Part shown: positions 18,465 to 28,723 of the stretch, one piece after another
Layout of the letters: the number at the start of each line of letters is the position of its first letter
How positions within the stretch are numbered: position 1 is the first letter of the stretch
DNA from: Dehalococcoidia bacterium
GTDB lineage: Bacteria; Chloroflexota; Dehalococcoidia; DSTF01; RBG-16-68-14
Reading direction: 5' to 3'
Length of the DNA stretch: 64,000 nucleotides
Assembly (NCBI GenBank): GCA_040902195.1
Contig: JBBDXS010000002.1
Location: forward strand, 100,441-164,440
Made by a program: the position numbers and the translations under genes
The notes under the pieces: generated by a model
Databases searched by the model: none
Told to the model about the DNA's origin: nothing
The model's input: only the letters and a program-made list of their open reading frames with translations

Positions 18465-20369
18465 ATGGCGTACTGGGGCGGAGGCGGCGCGGGAGGTTGG
18501 GGCGGCGGACACTGGGGTCCGGGACGCCAGCAGATGCTCCGCCGCAGCAACGACGGCTGGGACGATGACGACGAGTACGGCTCGGTCTACAGCCACCGCG
18601 TCGTCTCGAGGCTGCTCCCCTACCTGAGGCCGTTCAGGGGGCGGGCGGTTCTCGCGCTGTTGGGGACGATCATCTACATCGTTACGAGCACGATCCAGCC
18701 GATCTTCATCGGCAACCTGATCGACTACGCGAGCAAGGGAGACCTGTACGGCGTGAACAAGACAGGCTTCACCTTCCTTGCCCTCGTGCTCGTGTCGTGG
18801 GTGGCGTACTATACGCAGCTCGCGAACATGGGCTGGGTGGGGCATCGACTGCTGTTCACGCTGCGCACACAGATGTTCAGTCATCTGCAGAAGCTCTCGC
18901 TGCGCTTCTACGACAACAACGAGGTGGGCAAGGTGATGTCGCGCATTACCAGTGACGTCACGACGTTACAAGACCTGCTGACAAGCGGCTCGCTGACGAT
19001 TCTGGCGAACTTCCTGGGGCTGTTCCTCGTCGTCGGCCTCATGCTGTATTACGATATCGCGCTGGCGCTGGTGACGCTGGCGGTCGTGCCGTTCCTCGTC
19101 GTTGGTATGGCGCTCTGGCAGGCGTACGCGCGGCGCGCGTTCGTTCGCGTGCGGCAGGCGATCGCAATCGTGAACTCGAACTTGCAAGAGAACGTCTCGG
19201 GCGTGCGCGTGATCCAGAGCCTCTCGCGCGAGGGCGAGAACAGCCGCCGTTTCGCCGACGTGAACCGCAACAACTTCAGCGCGAACGTCAACGCGGGGCG
19301 CGTAACGGCGGCAGTGATGCCGATGGTGGAGCTGAGCGTCGCGATCGCGACGGCGCTCGTGATCATTTACGGAGGGTTCAAAGTACTCAACGGCGACCTG
19401 TCCGTCGGCACGCTCGCTATGTTCGCGCTGTTCGTGCAGCGCTTCTTCGACCCGGTGCGCGACCTGGTGTTGCAGTACACGCAGCTCCAGCGCGCGATGG
19501 CCGGCGGCGAGCGCATCTTCGAGGTATTGGACACGGTGCCGGAGATCCGGGACGCGGAGGACGCCATCGCGCTGGAGGACCTGCGCGGCGAGGTGGAGTT
19601 CGACCACGTGGGCTTCCAGTACGTGGAGGACGTGCCGATCCTGCAGGACTTCAGCCTGCACGTGAAGCCGGGCGAAACGGTCGCGTTCGTCGGGCCGACG
19701 GGCGCGGGCAAGACGACCCTTACGTCGCTCATCGCGCGGTTCTACGACGTCACGGAGGGCCGCCTGCTTATCGACGGACACGACATCCGCACGATCAAGC
19801 GCCAGACGCTGACGCGGCGGATGGGTCTGGTGCTGCAGGAGCCATTCTTGTTCTCGGGCACCGTCGAGGAGAACATCCGCTACGGACGCCCCGAGGCGAC
19901 GGACGACGAGGTCGAGCGGGCGGCGCGAGCCGTCGGCGCGCACGAGTTCATCGAGCGGCTGGAGCAGGGCTACAACACCGTGCTGCACGAACGCGGGCAG
20001 AACCTTTCGGTGGGCCAGCGACAGCTGATCAGCTTCGCGCGCGCGATCCTCGCCGAGCCGCGCATCCTGATCCTGGATGAGGCGACTGCGAACGTCGACA
20101 CGCGCACGGAGGCCGTGATCCAGCGCGCGCTGTCGGAGCTGCTGCGCGACCGCACATCGTTCGTCATCGCGCACCGGCTTTCGACGATCCGTAACGCCGA
20201 CCGCGTGATCGTGCTGGAGGACGGGCGGATCAAGGAGCAGGGCACGCACGACGAGCTGCTCGCGCTCGACGGGCTGTACGCGCGCCTGTACCGGATGGCG
20301 TACGAGCACAAAAACGGCGGCCGCGAGCCGGCGGCGGGCCCCGCTATACCTCACCCAGCCGCGACGTAG
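18465..20369 (+). CDS. ABC exporter, fused permease/ATPase (heterodimer subunit 2)
   Basis: GPTGAGKT, LSVGQRQ, ILILDEAT, IAHRLST. Confidence 0.95.
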   Translation: MAYWGGGGAGGWGGGHWGPGRQQMLRRSNDGWDDDDEYGSVYSHRVVSRLLPYLRPFRGRAVLALLGTIIYIVTSTIQPIFIGNLIDYASKGDLYGVNKTGFTFLALVLVSWVAYYTQLANMGWVGHRLLFTLRTQMFSHLQKLSLRFYDNNEVGKVMSRITSDVTTLQDLLTSGSLTILANFLGLFLVVGLMLYYDIALALVTLAVVPFLVVGMALWQAYARRAFVRVRQAIAIVNSNLQENVSGVRVIQSLSREGENSRRFADVNRNNFSANVNAGRVTAAVMPMVELSVAIATALVIIYGGFKVLNGDLSVGTLAMFALFVQRFFDPVRDLVLQYTQLQRAMAGGERIFEVLDTVPEIRDAEDAIALEDLRGEVEFDHVGFQYVEDVPILQDFSLHVKPGETVAFVGPTGAGKTTLTSLIARFYDVTEGRLLIDGHDIRTIKRQTLTRRMGLVLQEPFLFSGTVEENIRYGRPEATDDEVERAARAVGAHEFIERLEQGYNTVLHERGQNLSVGQRQLISFARAILAEPRILILDEATANVDTRTEAVIQRALSELLRDRTSFVIAHRLSTIRNADRVIVLEDGRIKEQGTHDELLALDGLYARLYRMAYEHKNGGREPAAGPAIPHPAAT

Positions 20370-20447
20370 CCGAACCGCCTCGCGTTCGATCCACACGACG
20401 CGAGGCCTCGTGCTACAATCCGCGCGTTCTGTCGAAAGGAGCGCGCC

Positions 20448-22082
20448 ATGCCCGATGCCTTCTCCCAACTCAGCGAGGACTACATCGGCGCCACGCTCGC
20501 GCAGCGACCTGAAGCGGCGACGGGCCTCGGCTTTCACGAGCACGACAGCGAGATCACCGACCGCAGCCGCGAGAACGTTGAGCGGCGCGCCCAGCAGCTC
20601 CGCGGGTTCCTGTCGCGCATCGATGGCCTTCGCGCTGACGAGCTGACTCCGGAAGACAAGACCGACGTAGAGTTGCTGCGCAACCACGTCTCGTGGGAGC
20701 TCGTCACGATCGAGGAGATCGCGGCGTTCCGGCACAACCCGGGCGGCTATCTCGCGGCGATCGGCGGCGGCTGCAACGGGCTGATCATCCGCGACTTCGC
20801 GCCGCTGGCGGAGCGGTCGAAGAGCCTCGTCGCGCGGCTGCGACAAACGCCGCGGCTGCTCGAACAGGCGAGGACGAATCTCGAAGACTGCTCGCGCATC
20901 CACGTCGAGACCGCGCTCGAGCAGGGCGCAGGGCTGCGCGTGTTGCTCCAGCGCGACCTGCCCGGCGCGCTCGCGTCGCTCGATGACGCAGCGTTACTCG
21001 CGGAGTTCGGCGAGGCGCAGCAGACGGCAAGCGACGCCATCGATGGGTTCCTAACGTGGATGAAGGACGATCTCCTGCCGCGCGCGAACGCGGACTTCGC
21101 GTACGGGCCGGAGCGCTACACCAAGATGCTCTCCTACCTGGACGCCGTTGAGCGGCCGCTCGATGAGCTGGAGCGGCGCGGCCGCGACGACCTGCGCGCG
21201 TGCCAGGAGCGGCTGCGCGAGCTGGCGGCGCAGGTGGACGCATCGAAGACGCCGGCGGAGGTCGTCGATCTTGTCGCGCAGGAGCATCCTGCGCCGGACC
21301 GGCTGCTGCCGGACACCGACGCGTTGCTCGAGGAGCTGCGCCAGTTCTCGATCGATCACAAGCTGGTGACGATGCCGACGGAGGTGCGCATTCGCGTCGC
21401 GGATACGCCGTCGTTTGCACGCGCGACGACGCAGGCGGCGTGCAGCACGCCGGGCGCGTTCGAGAAGAAGGCGACGGAGGCGTACTACTACGTGACGCCG
21501 CCGGACGCGTCGTGGCCTGCGGAACGCACGGAGGCGTACCTGAAGTTCTTCAATCGCTACAGCCTGCCCGGCATCACCGCGCACGAGGCGTACCCCGGCC
21601 ACTACGTCCACCTGATGTGGCTGCACAAGTCGGAGCGCAAGCTGCCGCATTTCCTGCCGACGATCACGACGATCGAGGGCTGGGCGCACTACGTGGAGCT
21701 CGTGATGATCGAGACGGGCTACGGCGGCGGCGACCCGCGCTACGGCATCATGCAACAGCGCGAGGCGTTGCTGCGGCTCTGCCGCTACCTCGCGTCGCTG
21801 GGGCTGCACACGCAGGGCTGGACGTTCGACGAGTCGGTCGAGTTCTTCCAGCGCGAGGGCTACGCGACGCGGCCCATCGCGGAGCGCGAGTCGCGCCGCG
21901 GGGTGATCGGCCCGCAGTACTACTCCTATACCCTGGGCAAGCACGAGATCCTGGACCTGCGGGCCAAGCTCGAGAAGCAGCAGGGCGCCCGCTTCGACCT
22001 GCTCGCCTTCCACGACGCCTTCATGAAGCTGCCCTACCCGGTACCGGTGATCGAGCGGCTGCTTCTGGCTAATGAGACGTAG
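20448..22082 (+). CDS. DUF885 family protein
   Basis: HEAYPGHY, IEGWAHYVE, YTLGK..I. Confidence 0.9.
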   Translation: MPDAFSQLSEDYIGATLAQRPEAATGLGFHEHDSEITDRSRENVERRAQQLRGFLSRIDGLRADELTPEDKTDVELLRNHVSWELVTIEEIAAFRHNPGGYLAAIGGGCNGLIIRDFAPLAERSKSLVARLRQTPRLLEQARTNLEDCSRIHVETALEQGAGLRVLLQRDLPGALASLDDAALLAEFGEAQQTASDAIDGFLTWMKDDLLPRANADFAYGPERYTKMLSYLDAVERPLDELERRGRDDLRACQERLRELAAQVDASKTPAEVVDLVAQEHPAPDRLLPDTDALLEELRQFSIDHKLVTMPTEVRIRVADTPSFARATTQAACSTPGAFEKKATEAYYYVTPPDASWPAERTEAYLKFFNRYSLPGITAHEAYPGHYVHLMWLHKSERKLPHFLPTITTIEGWAHYVELVMIETGYGGGDPRYGIMQQREALLRLCRYLASLGLHTQGWTFDESVEFFQREGYATRPIAERESRRGVIGPQYYSYTLGKHEILDLRAKLEKQQGARFDLLAFHDAFMKLPYPVPVIERLLLANET

Positions 22083-22174
22083 ATCACACAACAGTATCGG
22101 GCGGGCGGCCGAAGCTATGGTATGATACGTCCGCCCGCGCGACGGGGGACCGGCGTAGCGGCCTTTATTTACTC

Positions 22175-23701
22175 ATGGACAACTGGGACCTTGTCGTCAT
22201 CGGCGCCGGCTCCGCCGGGGCCGTGATCGCGGCTCGGGTCACGGAAGACCCGGCGCAGCGCGTACTTCTGATCGAGGCCGGGCCGGACTATCCTGACGCG
22301 CAATCGCTCCCGGAAGACCTGACGGACGGCCACAAGAACTCGCTCGTGAAGCACGACTGGGGGTTCGTCTACCAACCGACGCCGGTTGTGCGCAGCGACG
22401 TGCCGCTGCCGCGCGGTAAGGTCACCGGTGGATCATCCGCAGTAAACACGTCGATTGCGCTGCGCGGCCAGCGTGAGGACTACGACGAGTGGGCGGCGAT
22501 CGCGGGGCCGGAGTGGTCGTGGGAGAAGTGCCTGCCCGCGTTCAAACGCCTCGAGACCGACCGCGACATCACGAACGCCCTGCACGGCTGCGATGGGCCG
22601 ATCCCGCTGCGCCGCTATCCGCGCGACGAGCTGGTGCCGTTCCAGCGCGCGTTCCTCGATGCGTGCAGGGCGATGGGCTACCCGGAGTGTCCCGACCACA
22701 ACGATCCGGACACGACGGGCTACGGCCCGCATCCGATGAACAAGCAGGGTCGCCTGCGCGTCAGCACCAACCTCGCCTACCTCAACCCCGCTCGCTCTCG
22801 CCCCAACCTGACCATCCGGCCCAAGACGAACGTCCGACGCGTCATCGTGCGCGATGGCAGGGCGACGGGCGTCGAGGTCGAGACGGACGGGGTCGTGGAG
22901 ACGATCGACGCGGCGCGCATCGTGCTGTGCGGCGGCGCGATCCAGTCGCCGAACATCCTCGTGCGCTCAGGCATCGGACCGAAGGAGACGCTCGAGCGGC
23001 TGGGCGTGCCGGTCGTGAAGGACGCGCACGGCGTGGGCGCGCGGCTGTGGGACCACCCGGGCTCGATGGTCGTGATGGTGCCGATGCCGGGCATCGCGGC
23101 GTACGACCAGCCAATGATCCAGACGACGCTGCGTTACACGGCGAAGGGCTCGGACGAGCTCAACGACATGCAGCTCGAGCCGATCTCGTTCATCCAGCGC
23201 CTCGACGACGACGGGCCGCTGCTCTGCGGGCTGGCCGCCGTGATCGAGAAGCCGCGCGGCCACGGACGCCTTCGGTTCGAGAGCGCCGACCCGAACGCGC
23301 AGCCCGCGATCGAGTCCGAGTTCCTGAAGGACGACTGGGACGTCGAGCGCATGGTCGAAGGCATCGAGATCGGGCTGCGGATGGCGGAGACGGTCGAGAT
23401 GCGTGAAGTCTGCCAGCTCGTCGTGCGGCCGCAGCACGAGGTCGCGATCGATCGCGAGAAGCTCGCGACGTGGGTGAAGCGGCGCTGCGGGTCGGGCTAC
23501 CACCCGTCGGGGACGGCGCCGATGGGCGCGGCGGACGACGAGGACGCGGTCCTCGATCAGTACGGACACGTGTACGGCATCGAGGGGCTGTTCGTCGCGG
23601 ACGCGAGCATCATGCCGACGATCCCGCGGGCAAACACGAACATCCCGACGATCATGATCGGCGAGCGCTTCGGCGAGTGGTTCCGCGAGGGCGTCTGTTA
23701 G
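22175..23701 (+). CDS. GMC-family flavoprotein oxidoreductase (choline dehydrogenase/MftG-like)
   Basis: GAGSAG, RGKVTGGSSAVN, YHPSGTAPMG, VADASIMP, NTNIPTIMIGER. Confidence 0.92.
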   Translation: MDNWDLVVIGAGSAGAVIAARVTEDPAQRVLLIEAGPDYPDAQSLPEDLTDGHKNSLVKHDWGFVYQPTPVVRSDVPLPRGKVTGGSSAVNTSIALRGQREDYDEWAAIAGPEWSWEKCLPAFKRLETDRDITNALHGCDGPIPLRRYPRDELVPFQRAFLDACRAMGYPECPDHNDPDTTGYGPHPMNKQGRLRVSTNLAYLNPARSRPNLTIRPKTNVRRVIVRDGRATGVEVETDGVVETIDAARIVLCGGAIQSPNILVRSGIGPKETLERLGVPVVKDAHGVGARLWDHPGSMVVMVPMPGIAAYDQPMIQTTLRYTAKGSDELNDMQLEPISFIQRLDDDGPLLCGLAAVIEKPRGHGRLRFESADPNAQPAIESEFLKDDWDVERMVEGIEIGLRMAETVEMREVCQLVVRPQHEVAIDREKLATWVKRRCGSGYHPSGTAPMGAADDEDAVLDQYGHVYGIEGLFVADASIMPTIPRANTNIPTIMIGERFGEWFREGVC

Positions 23702-24802
23702 ATGAAGGTGCGCGACATCCCCACGCCGGCACTGGTCGTTGATGTCGCCGCGATGGAACGCAACATACGGACGATGGCGGACTTCTTCGCGACCGGTAAC
23801 ACGAAGCTCCGCCCTCACTTCAAAGCGCACAAGACGCCCGCGATCGCGCGGCGGCAGCTCGCCGCCGGGTCGTGCACGGGACTGACCGTCGCGACAGTGG
23901 GCGAGGCGGAGCTGTGCGCGGACGAAGCGATCTGCGACGACATCTTGATCGCGAACCAGGTGCTCGGGCCGGGCAAGGCGGAGCGCGTCGCGAGGCTGGC
24001 GCAGCGCATCACTATCAAGGTCGCTATCGATTCCGATGCGACGCTTGACGACATCGCGCGCGCGGCGCAGGCCGAGGGCGGTGAGGTCGGCGTCGTCGTC
24101 GACATTAACGTTGGCATGCCGCGCTGCGGCATCGAGCACGGCGAGCCCGCGCTACGGCTGGCGAAGCGCGCGGCGGACATGTCGGGCGTGCGGTTCGCCG
24201 GGCTGATGGGCTACGAGGGCCACGTCGTCGGCCTGCCGGAGCGCAGCGAGCGCGAGCCGCGCGCGCGCAAAGCGATGGAACGCCTGACCGAGACGCTGGC
24301 GCTTGTGCGCAGCGCCGGGCTGCCGTGCGACCTCGTGAGCGCGGGCGGCACCGGCACGTACGACATCACGGGACGCATCGAGGGCATCACCGAGATCCAG
24401 GCCGGCTCCTACGTCCTGATGGACACCGCATACGCGAAGCTCGGCCTGCCGTTCGAGCAGGCGCTCAGCCTGCACACGACGGTCCTCTCGCGCCCGCGCG
24501 CGGAGCAGTGCGCGACGGACGGCGGGCTCAAGGCGTCGAGCGTCGACCACGGCAACCCCGACGTAAAGGGCATCGAGGGCGCGTCCGTGCTCTTCCTGAG
24601 CGACGAACACGCGACGATCACGCTGCCGGCGGACAGCGCGGTCGCGCCGGGCGACCGCCTCGAGCTGTGGCCGTCACATGTCGATCCGACGATCAACCAG
24701 CACGACGTCCTGTTCGCCGTGGAAGGCGACGACGTGGTCGATATCTGGCCGGTCACGGCGCGGGGCTATCGCGAGCACCGCATGCTGCTGGAGGGGCGGT
24801 AG
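23702..24802 (+). CDS. DSD1/D-threonine aldolase-like PLP-dependent enzyme
   Basis: TPALVVD, LRPHFKAHK, GLMGYEGH, SAGGTGT, LSDEH, PSHVDPT. Confidence 0.9.
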   Translation: MKVRDIPTPALVVDVAAMERNIRTMADFFATGNTKLRPHFKAHKTPAIARRQLAAGSCTGLTVATVGEAELCADEAICDDILIANQVLGPGKAERVARLAQRITIKVAIDSDATLDDIARAAQAEGGEVGVVVDINVGMPRCGIEHGEPALRLAKRAADMSGVRFAGLMGYEGHVVGLPERSEREPRARKAMERLTETLALVRSAGLPCDLVSAGGTGTYDITGRIEGITEIQAGSYVLMDTAYAKLGLPFEQALSLHTTVLSRPRAEQCATDGGLKASSVDHGNPDVKGIEGASVLFLSDEHATITLPADSAVAPGDRLELWPSHVDPTINQHDVLFAVEGDDVVDIWPVTARGYREHRMLLEGR

Positions 24803-24803
24803 C

Positions 24804-25187
24804 GTGGAAGTCGAGCTGATCTTGATGCGGCAGCTCGCGAGCTACCTGACGCTGCCGATCTTCCTCGTCGACGCGGGCGGCAAGCTGCTCTTCTACAACG
24901 AGGCCGCGGAGCCGCACCTGGGGCGTCGCTTCGAGGAGGCGGGCGAGATGCAGCTAGGCGATCTCTCGAAGATCTTCGAGATCACGCGCGAAGACGGCTC
25001 GCCGTTCCCGGACGACGAGTTCCCACTCGCCGTCGCACTGCACAAGCGCCGGCCCACGCACGACATGATCCGCTTCCGCGCGCTCGATGGCCTGCTGCAC
25101 AACGTGGATGTGACGGCGTTCCCGCTCGAAGGCCAGGGCGGCAGACACCTGGGGGCTGTGGCGATCTTCTGGGAGAAGCCTGCATGA
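24804..25187 (+). CDS. Stand-alone PAS-domain protein
   Basis: ILMRQLASYL..PIFLVD..G.LLFYNEAAE..LG; TAFPL...GAVAIFW; stop overlaps the next ATG. Confidence 0.75.
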   Translation: MEVELILMRQLASYLTLPIFLVDAGGKLLFYNEAAEPHLGRRFEEAGEMQLGDLSKIFEITREDGSPFPDDEFPLAVALHKRRPTHDMIRFRALDGLLHNVDVTAFPLEGQGGRHLGAVAIFWEKPA

Positions 25188-26023
25188 AGGTCACGCTTTG
25201 GGGCACGCGCGGCTCGTCGCCCAGCGCCGGGCCGGAGAATATACGCTACGGCGGCAACACCGCCTGCGTGGAGGTGCGCGCCGGGGACGGCACGCTCGTG
25301 ATCCTCGACGCGGGCACGGGCATTCGGCGTCTCGGAGCGGCGATCAGCGAGGACATCAAGCGCGTCGACGTGCTGCTGACGCACCTGCACCTGGACCACA
25401 TCCAGGGCCTCGGCTTCTTCGCGCCGCTCTACCGCGACGGCCTGGAGGTACACATCTGGGGCCCGCCGACGGCAGGACTCACGCTGGAGGGGCGGCTGAC
25501 GCGCTACCTCTCGCCGCCGCTCTTCCCCGTCCGCCTGCGTGAGCTGCCCTGCGATCTGACGTTGCACGACCTGCCAATGGAACCGTTCCAGATCGGCGGC
25601 CTGAGCATTCGCGGCGACTTCGTCTGCCACCCCGGGCCGACGCTGGGCTATCGCATCGCGGAGAACGGCACATCGCTCGCGTACCTACCGGACCACGAAC
25701 CGGCGCTCGGGTTCGGTGAGGTGCCACGGGACGCGGACTGGATCTCCGGCTTCGAGATCGCTGCGCAGGCCGACCTGCTGATCCACGACTCGCAGTACTC
25801 AGATGAGGAGTACCCGGCGCACATCGGCTGGGGACACAGCGCGATCAGCCACACGATCGCGTTCGCGACGGCGGCGAAGGCGAAGCGGCTCGTCGTGTTC
25901 CATCACGATCCGGCGCACAACGACGCGACGCTCGACCGCCTCGTCGATACGGCGCGCAAGGTCTGCAAGCCGCCCTTCGAAATCCTGGCGGGCACCGAAG
26001 GCGCGATGTTCAAGCTCGGATAG
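25184..26023 (+). CDS. MBL-fold metallohydrolase (RNase Z/phosphodiesterase-like)
   Basis: WGTRGS, YGGNTACVE, THLHLDHIQG, WGHS, FHHDP. Confidence 0.9.
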   Translation: MKVTLWGTRGSSPSAGPENIRYGGNTACVEVRAGDGTLVILDAGTGIRRLGAAISEDIKRVDVLLTHLHLDHIQGLGFFAPLYRDGLEVHIWGPPTAGLTLEGRLTRYLSPPLFPVRLRELPCDLTLHDLPMEPFQIGGLSIRGDFVCHPGPTLGYRIAENGTSLAYLPDHEPALGFGEVPRDADWISGFEIAAQADLLIHDSQYSDEEYPAHIGWGHSAISHTIAFATAAKAKRLVVFHHDPAHNDATLDRLVDTARKVCKPPFEILAGTEGAMFKLG

Positions 26024-26037
26024 AGGGGAGCTCCCAG

Positions 26038-26466
26038 ATGCCTCCACCACGCTTCGTGGTGCGCACCGTGATGGCCAGCCACGAGTTCTGGTACCGCGTG
26101 TCGGGCGGCGCGCTGGGCGGAAAGATCGGGGGCGTGCCGTGCCTGCTGCTCACAACGACGGGGCGGAAATCGGGACGCAAGCGAACGACGCCGCTGTTGT
26201 ACCTGCGCGACGGCCAGGATGTCGTCATCGTGGCGTCGTACGGCGGCAGTCCGAAACATCCGACCTGGTACGGCAACCTCGTCGCGAACCCCGAGGCTGA
26301 GGTGCTGATCGGGCGCGAGCAGAAGCGCGTCGTGGCGCGCACGGCGAACGATGATGAGCGCGCGCGTCTGTGGCCGCGGCTGGTCGAGATGTACAAGAGC
26401 TACGCGGAGTACCAGACGAAGACGGAGCGGACGATCCCGGTCGTGATCCTGGCGCCGAAGCAGTAG
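26038..26466 (+). CDS. Deazaflavin (F420)-dependent nitroreductase/quinone reductase family
   Basis: LLLTTTGRKSG..RTTPL, VASYGG..HPTWY.NL.ANP, RTIPVVIL. Confidence 0.93.
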   Translation: MPPPRFVVRTVMASHEFWYRVSGGALGGKIGGVPCLLLTTTGRKSGRKRTTPLLYLRDGQDVVIVASYGGSPKHPTWYGNLVANPEAEVLIGREQKRVVARTANDDERARLWPRLVEMYKSYAEYQTKTERTIPVVILAPKQ

Positions 26467-26641
26467 CACGCTGCGTTTGCCCAACCTCTCGAGATCGAAG
26501 AGTTGATCTACCCGCCCACCCACCCCGGCAAGGTCTTCCTGCGAGGTAGCGAGCCCCCCTCGCGCTCCCGCGTTTGGCAATCCGCGTTCGCGGCATGAAG
26601 TGCTGCAGCGTCGTGAGGGCGAGAGGTCTGATGAGGGGACC

Positions 26642-26770
26642 GGACAGACCATAAAGGTTTGTCCCTTCGACCCCGCCCCGCCCCGCGATCGGTGCGGGCG
26701 GCTCGCGAGCCGCCCCTACACCGTCGAGCGATAGTGCAAGGCCGCGGGAGGCCTCAAAGGCCTCCCCTAC
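26642..26770. repeat. Cluster of three REP-like hairpins
   Basis: GGACAGACC-ATAAA-GGTTTGTCC; GGGCGGCTCGCGAGCCGCCCCTAC; GGGAGGCCTCAAAGGCCTCCCCTAC. Confidence 0.75.
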
Positions 26771-26871
26771 GGCATCCGCCTGCGGCGGACAGGGCGACCG
26801 CGACCTCTCGCCGTCCGGGCGCAGGTCGATTGTTATAAGATGGGGATCGTTCCATTCCCAGGAGGACGGCC

Positions 26872-28638
26872 ATGACGACGACAGCTTCTCGCACGCAGGC
26901 CGGCGCCGGCCCCATCGATTACGCATCGTTCGAGTCGGCGATCGGGCTGAACTGGTACCTGACTGACCCGAACCTGCGCTTCATCGCCGACCGGCACATC
27001 GCGGCGTCCGACAGGGCGTGGGCGGAGGAGTACCTGGTGCGCTGGGGGGCGCTGGTCGGCGGCGAGATCGCGCCGCGCTCGGAGGTGGTCGACCGCAACC
27101 CGCCGCGGCTGGAGCGCTACGACGAGTGGGGCAACGACGTCTCGCGGGTGGTGCACCACCCGGACAACATCGCGAACAAGAAGGCGATCTGGGAAAAAGG
27201 GCCGAAGAGCATCCACACGGCGGGCAAGGTGGTGCCGACGGTGCTCGGCTCGACCTTCACGTACCTGCTCAGCCAGTGCGACACGGGCATGGTGTGCGCG
27301 ACGGGCATGACGGGCGGCGTCGAGTCGCTCGTCGAGCGGTACGCGCCGCCGGGCGTACGCGAGCGCGTGCTGCCGCACCTGGCGCAACCGCAATTCGACG
27401 GCTCGTGGGACGGGGCGATGTTCATGACGGAGATCCGCGGCGGCTCCGACCTCGCGCGGAGCGAGACGACAGCGCGCCAGGAGAGCGGCACATGGCTGCT
27501 GAGCGGCTCGAAGTGGTTCTGTTCGAACGCGGACGCGCGCGCGATCGTGACGCTGGCGCGTCCGGAGGGCGCGCCGGACGGGCTGCGCGGCCTGGCGCTG
27601 TTCCTGATTCCGGCGGAGCGGTCGGACGGCTCTCGCAATGGCATTCGCATCAAGCGCGTGAAGGACAAGCTCGGCACGCGATCGGTGCCGACGGCGGAGA
27701 TCGACCTCGAAGACGCGGAGGCGTTCCTGCTCGGCGGGACGGCCAACACCGAGGGGCAGCCGGACACGCGCGGGCTGAACCGCATGATGAGCATGGTGAA
27801 CGGATCGCGACTTGGCGTGTCGTTCATGGGGCTGGGCATTATGCGCCGCTCGTTCCTCGAAGCGTCGATCTACGCGGCGCACCGCGAGGCGTTCGGCCAG
27901 CGGCTCGATAGCCTGCCGCTGATGCAGGAGACGCTCGTGAAGATGTGCGTCGACGTGGAGGCGACGGCGACGATGTGCTTCGAGACGTCATCGCTCGCGG
28001 GCGCGCACGGCGACGAGCGAGCGCGACAGCTCTACCGGATCATGGTACCGCTCTCGAAGTTCCGCGGAGCGCGCGGCGGCCTCGAGCTGGCAAGCCAGGC
28101 CGTCGAGGTGATGGGTGGCAACGGCTACATCGAGAACTGGCCGGCGGCGCGGCAGCTCCGCGACGCGCAGTGCCACACGATCTGGGAGGGCACGGAGAAC
28201 ATCATCTGCCTCGACGTGCTGCGCGCGATGCGCAAGGAGCAGGCGCACCACGCGTTGTTCGACCGCATCGATGGCGCGCTGGCGGCGGCGGACCACCCGG
28301 CGCTTGCGGCGACGAAGGACGTCGTCGCGCAGGCGCGCCGCGACGTGCAGGGTGCCGTCGAGTTCGTCACCAACTCCGCGGACGACCTGCGGCAGCTCCA
28401 CTCGCGGCGGCTGACGGGCTGGCTCTCGGACGTGGCGCAGGCGGCGCTGCTGCTGGAGCACGCCGCCATCGAGCTGCGGGAGAACAACTCGGCGCGCAAG
28501 GCGGCGGTAGCGAAGCTGTTCGTGCAGGAGCGGCTCGCGTCGCGGGCGATGCGCGGCATCAGCGAGGACCGGTCGGTGCTGGACCTCTTCGCGCCGGTCA
28601 CGCGGTTCGAGTCGCTGGAGCCGGCACTGCTGAATTAG
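26872..28638 (+). CDS. Acyl-CoA dehydrogenase (AidB-like subfamily)
   Basis: MFMTE..GGSDL, GSKWFCS, KDKLGTRSVPT, MGGNGYIE, TIWEGTEN. Confidence 0.93.
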   Translation: MTTTASRTQAGAGPIDYASFESAIGLNWYLTDPNLRFIADRHIAASDRAWAEEYLVRWGALVGGEIAPRSEVVDRNPPRLERYDEWGNDVSRVVHHPDNIANKKAIWEKGPKSIHTAGKVVPTVLGSTFTYLLSQCDTGMVCATGMTGGVESLVERYAPPGVRERVLPHLAQPQFDGSWDGAMFMTEIRGGSDLARSETTARQESGTWLLSGSKWFCSNADARAIVTLARPEGAPDGLRGLALFLIPAERSDGSRNGIRIKRVKDKLGTRSVPTAEIDLEDAEAFLLGGTANTEGQPDTRGLNRMMSMVNGSRLGVSFMGLGIMRRSFLEASIYAAHREAFGQRLDSLPLMQETLVKMCVDVEATATMCFETSSLAGAHGDERARQLYRIMVPLSKFRGARGGLELASQAVEVMGGNGYIENWPAARQLRDAQCHTIWEGTENIICLDVLRAMRKEQAHHALFDRIDGALAAADHPALAATKDVVAQARRDVQGAVEFVTNSADDLRQLHSRRLTGWLSDVAQAALLLEHAAIELRENNSARKAAVAKLFVQERLASRAMRGISEDRSVLDLFAPVTRFESLEPALLN

Positions 28639-28661
28639 GCGAGGTCATTCGTGATACCGAT

Positions 28662-28690
28662 GTAGGGGCGGGTTTGAAACCCGCCCCTAC
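28662..28690. repeat. GTAG-type REP-like palindrome
   Basis: GTAGGGGCGGGTTTGAAACCCGCCCCTAC. Confidence 0.85.
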
Positions 28691-28723
28691 GGTTGTTCTA
28701 CGTCGCGCTATACTACGCGCGCT

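Noticed and set aside
22175-23701. Mycofactocin cluster based on the MftG-like GMC enzyme
   Set aside because: No mftA/B/C or other mft genes in the window; GMC motifs alone are not specific.
26505-26545. PPTHPGKVFL frame resembling a HigA antitoxin N-terminus
   Set aside because: Too short, with no start and no downstream HTH similarity.
26628-26670. CTGATGA followed by a stem, suggesting a hammerhead ribozyme
   Set aside because: No GAAA core after the stem; the hairpin matches neighbouring REP-like elements.
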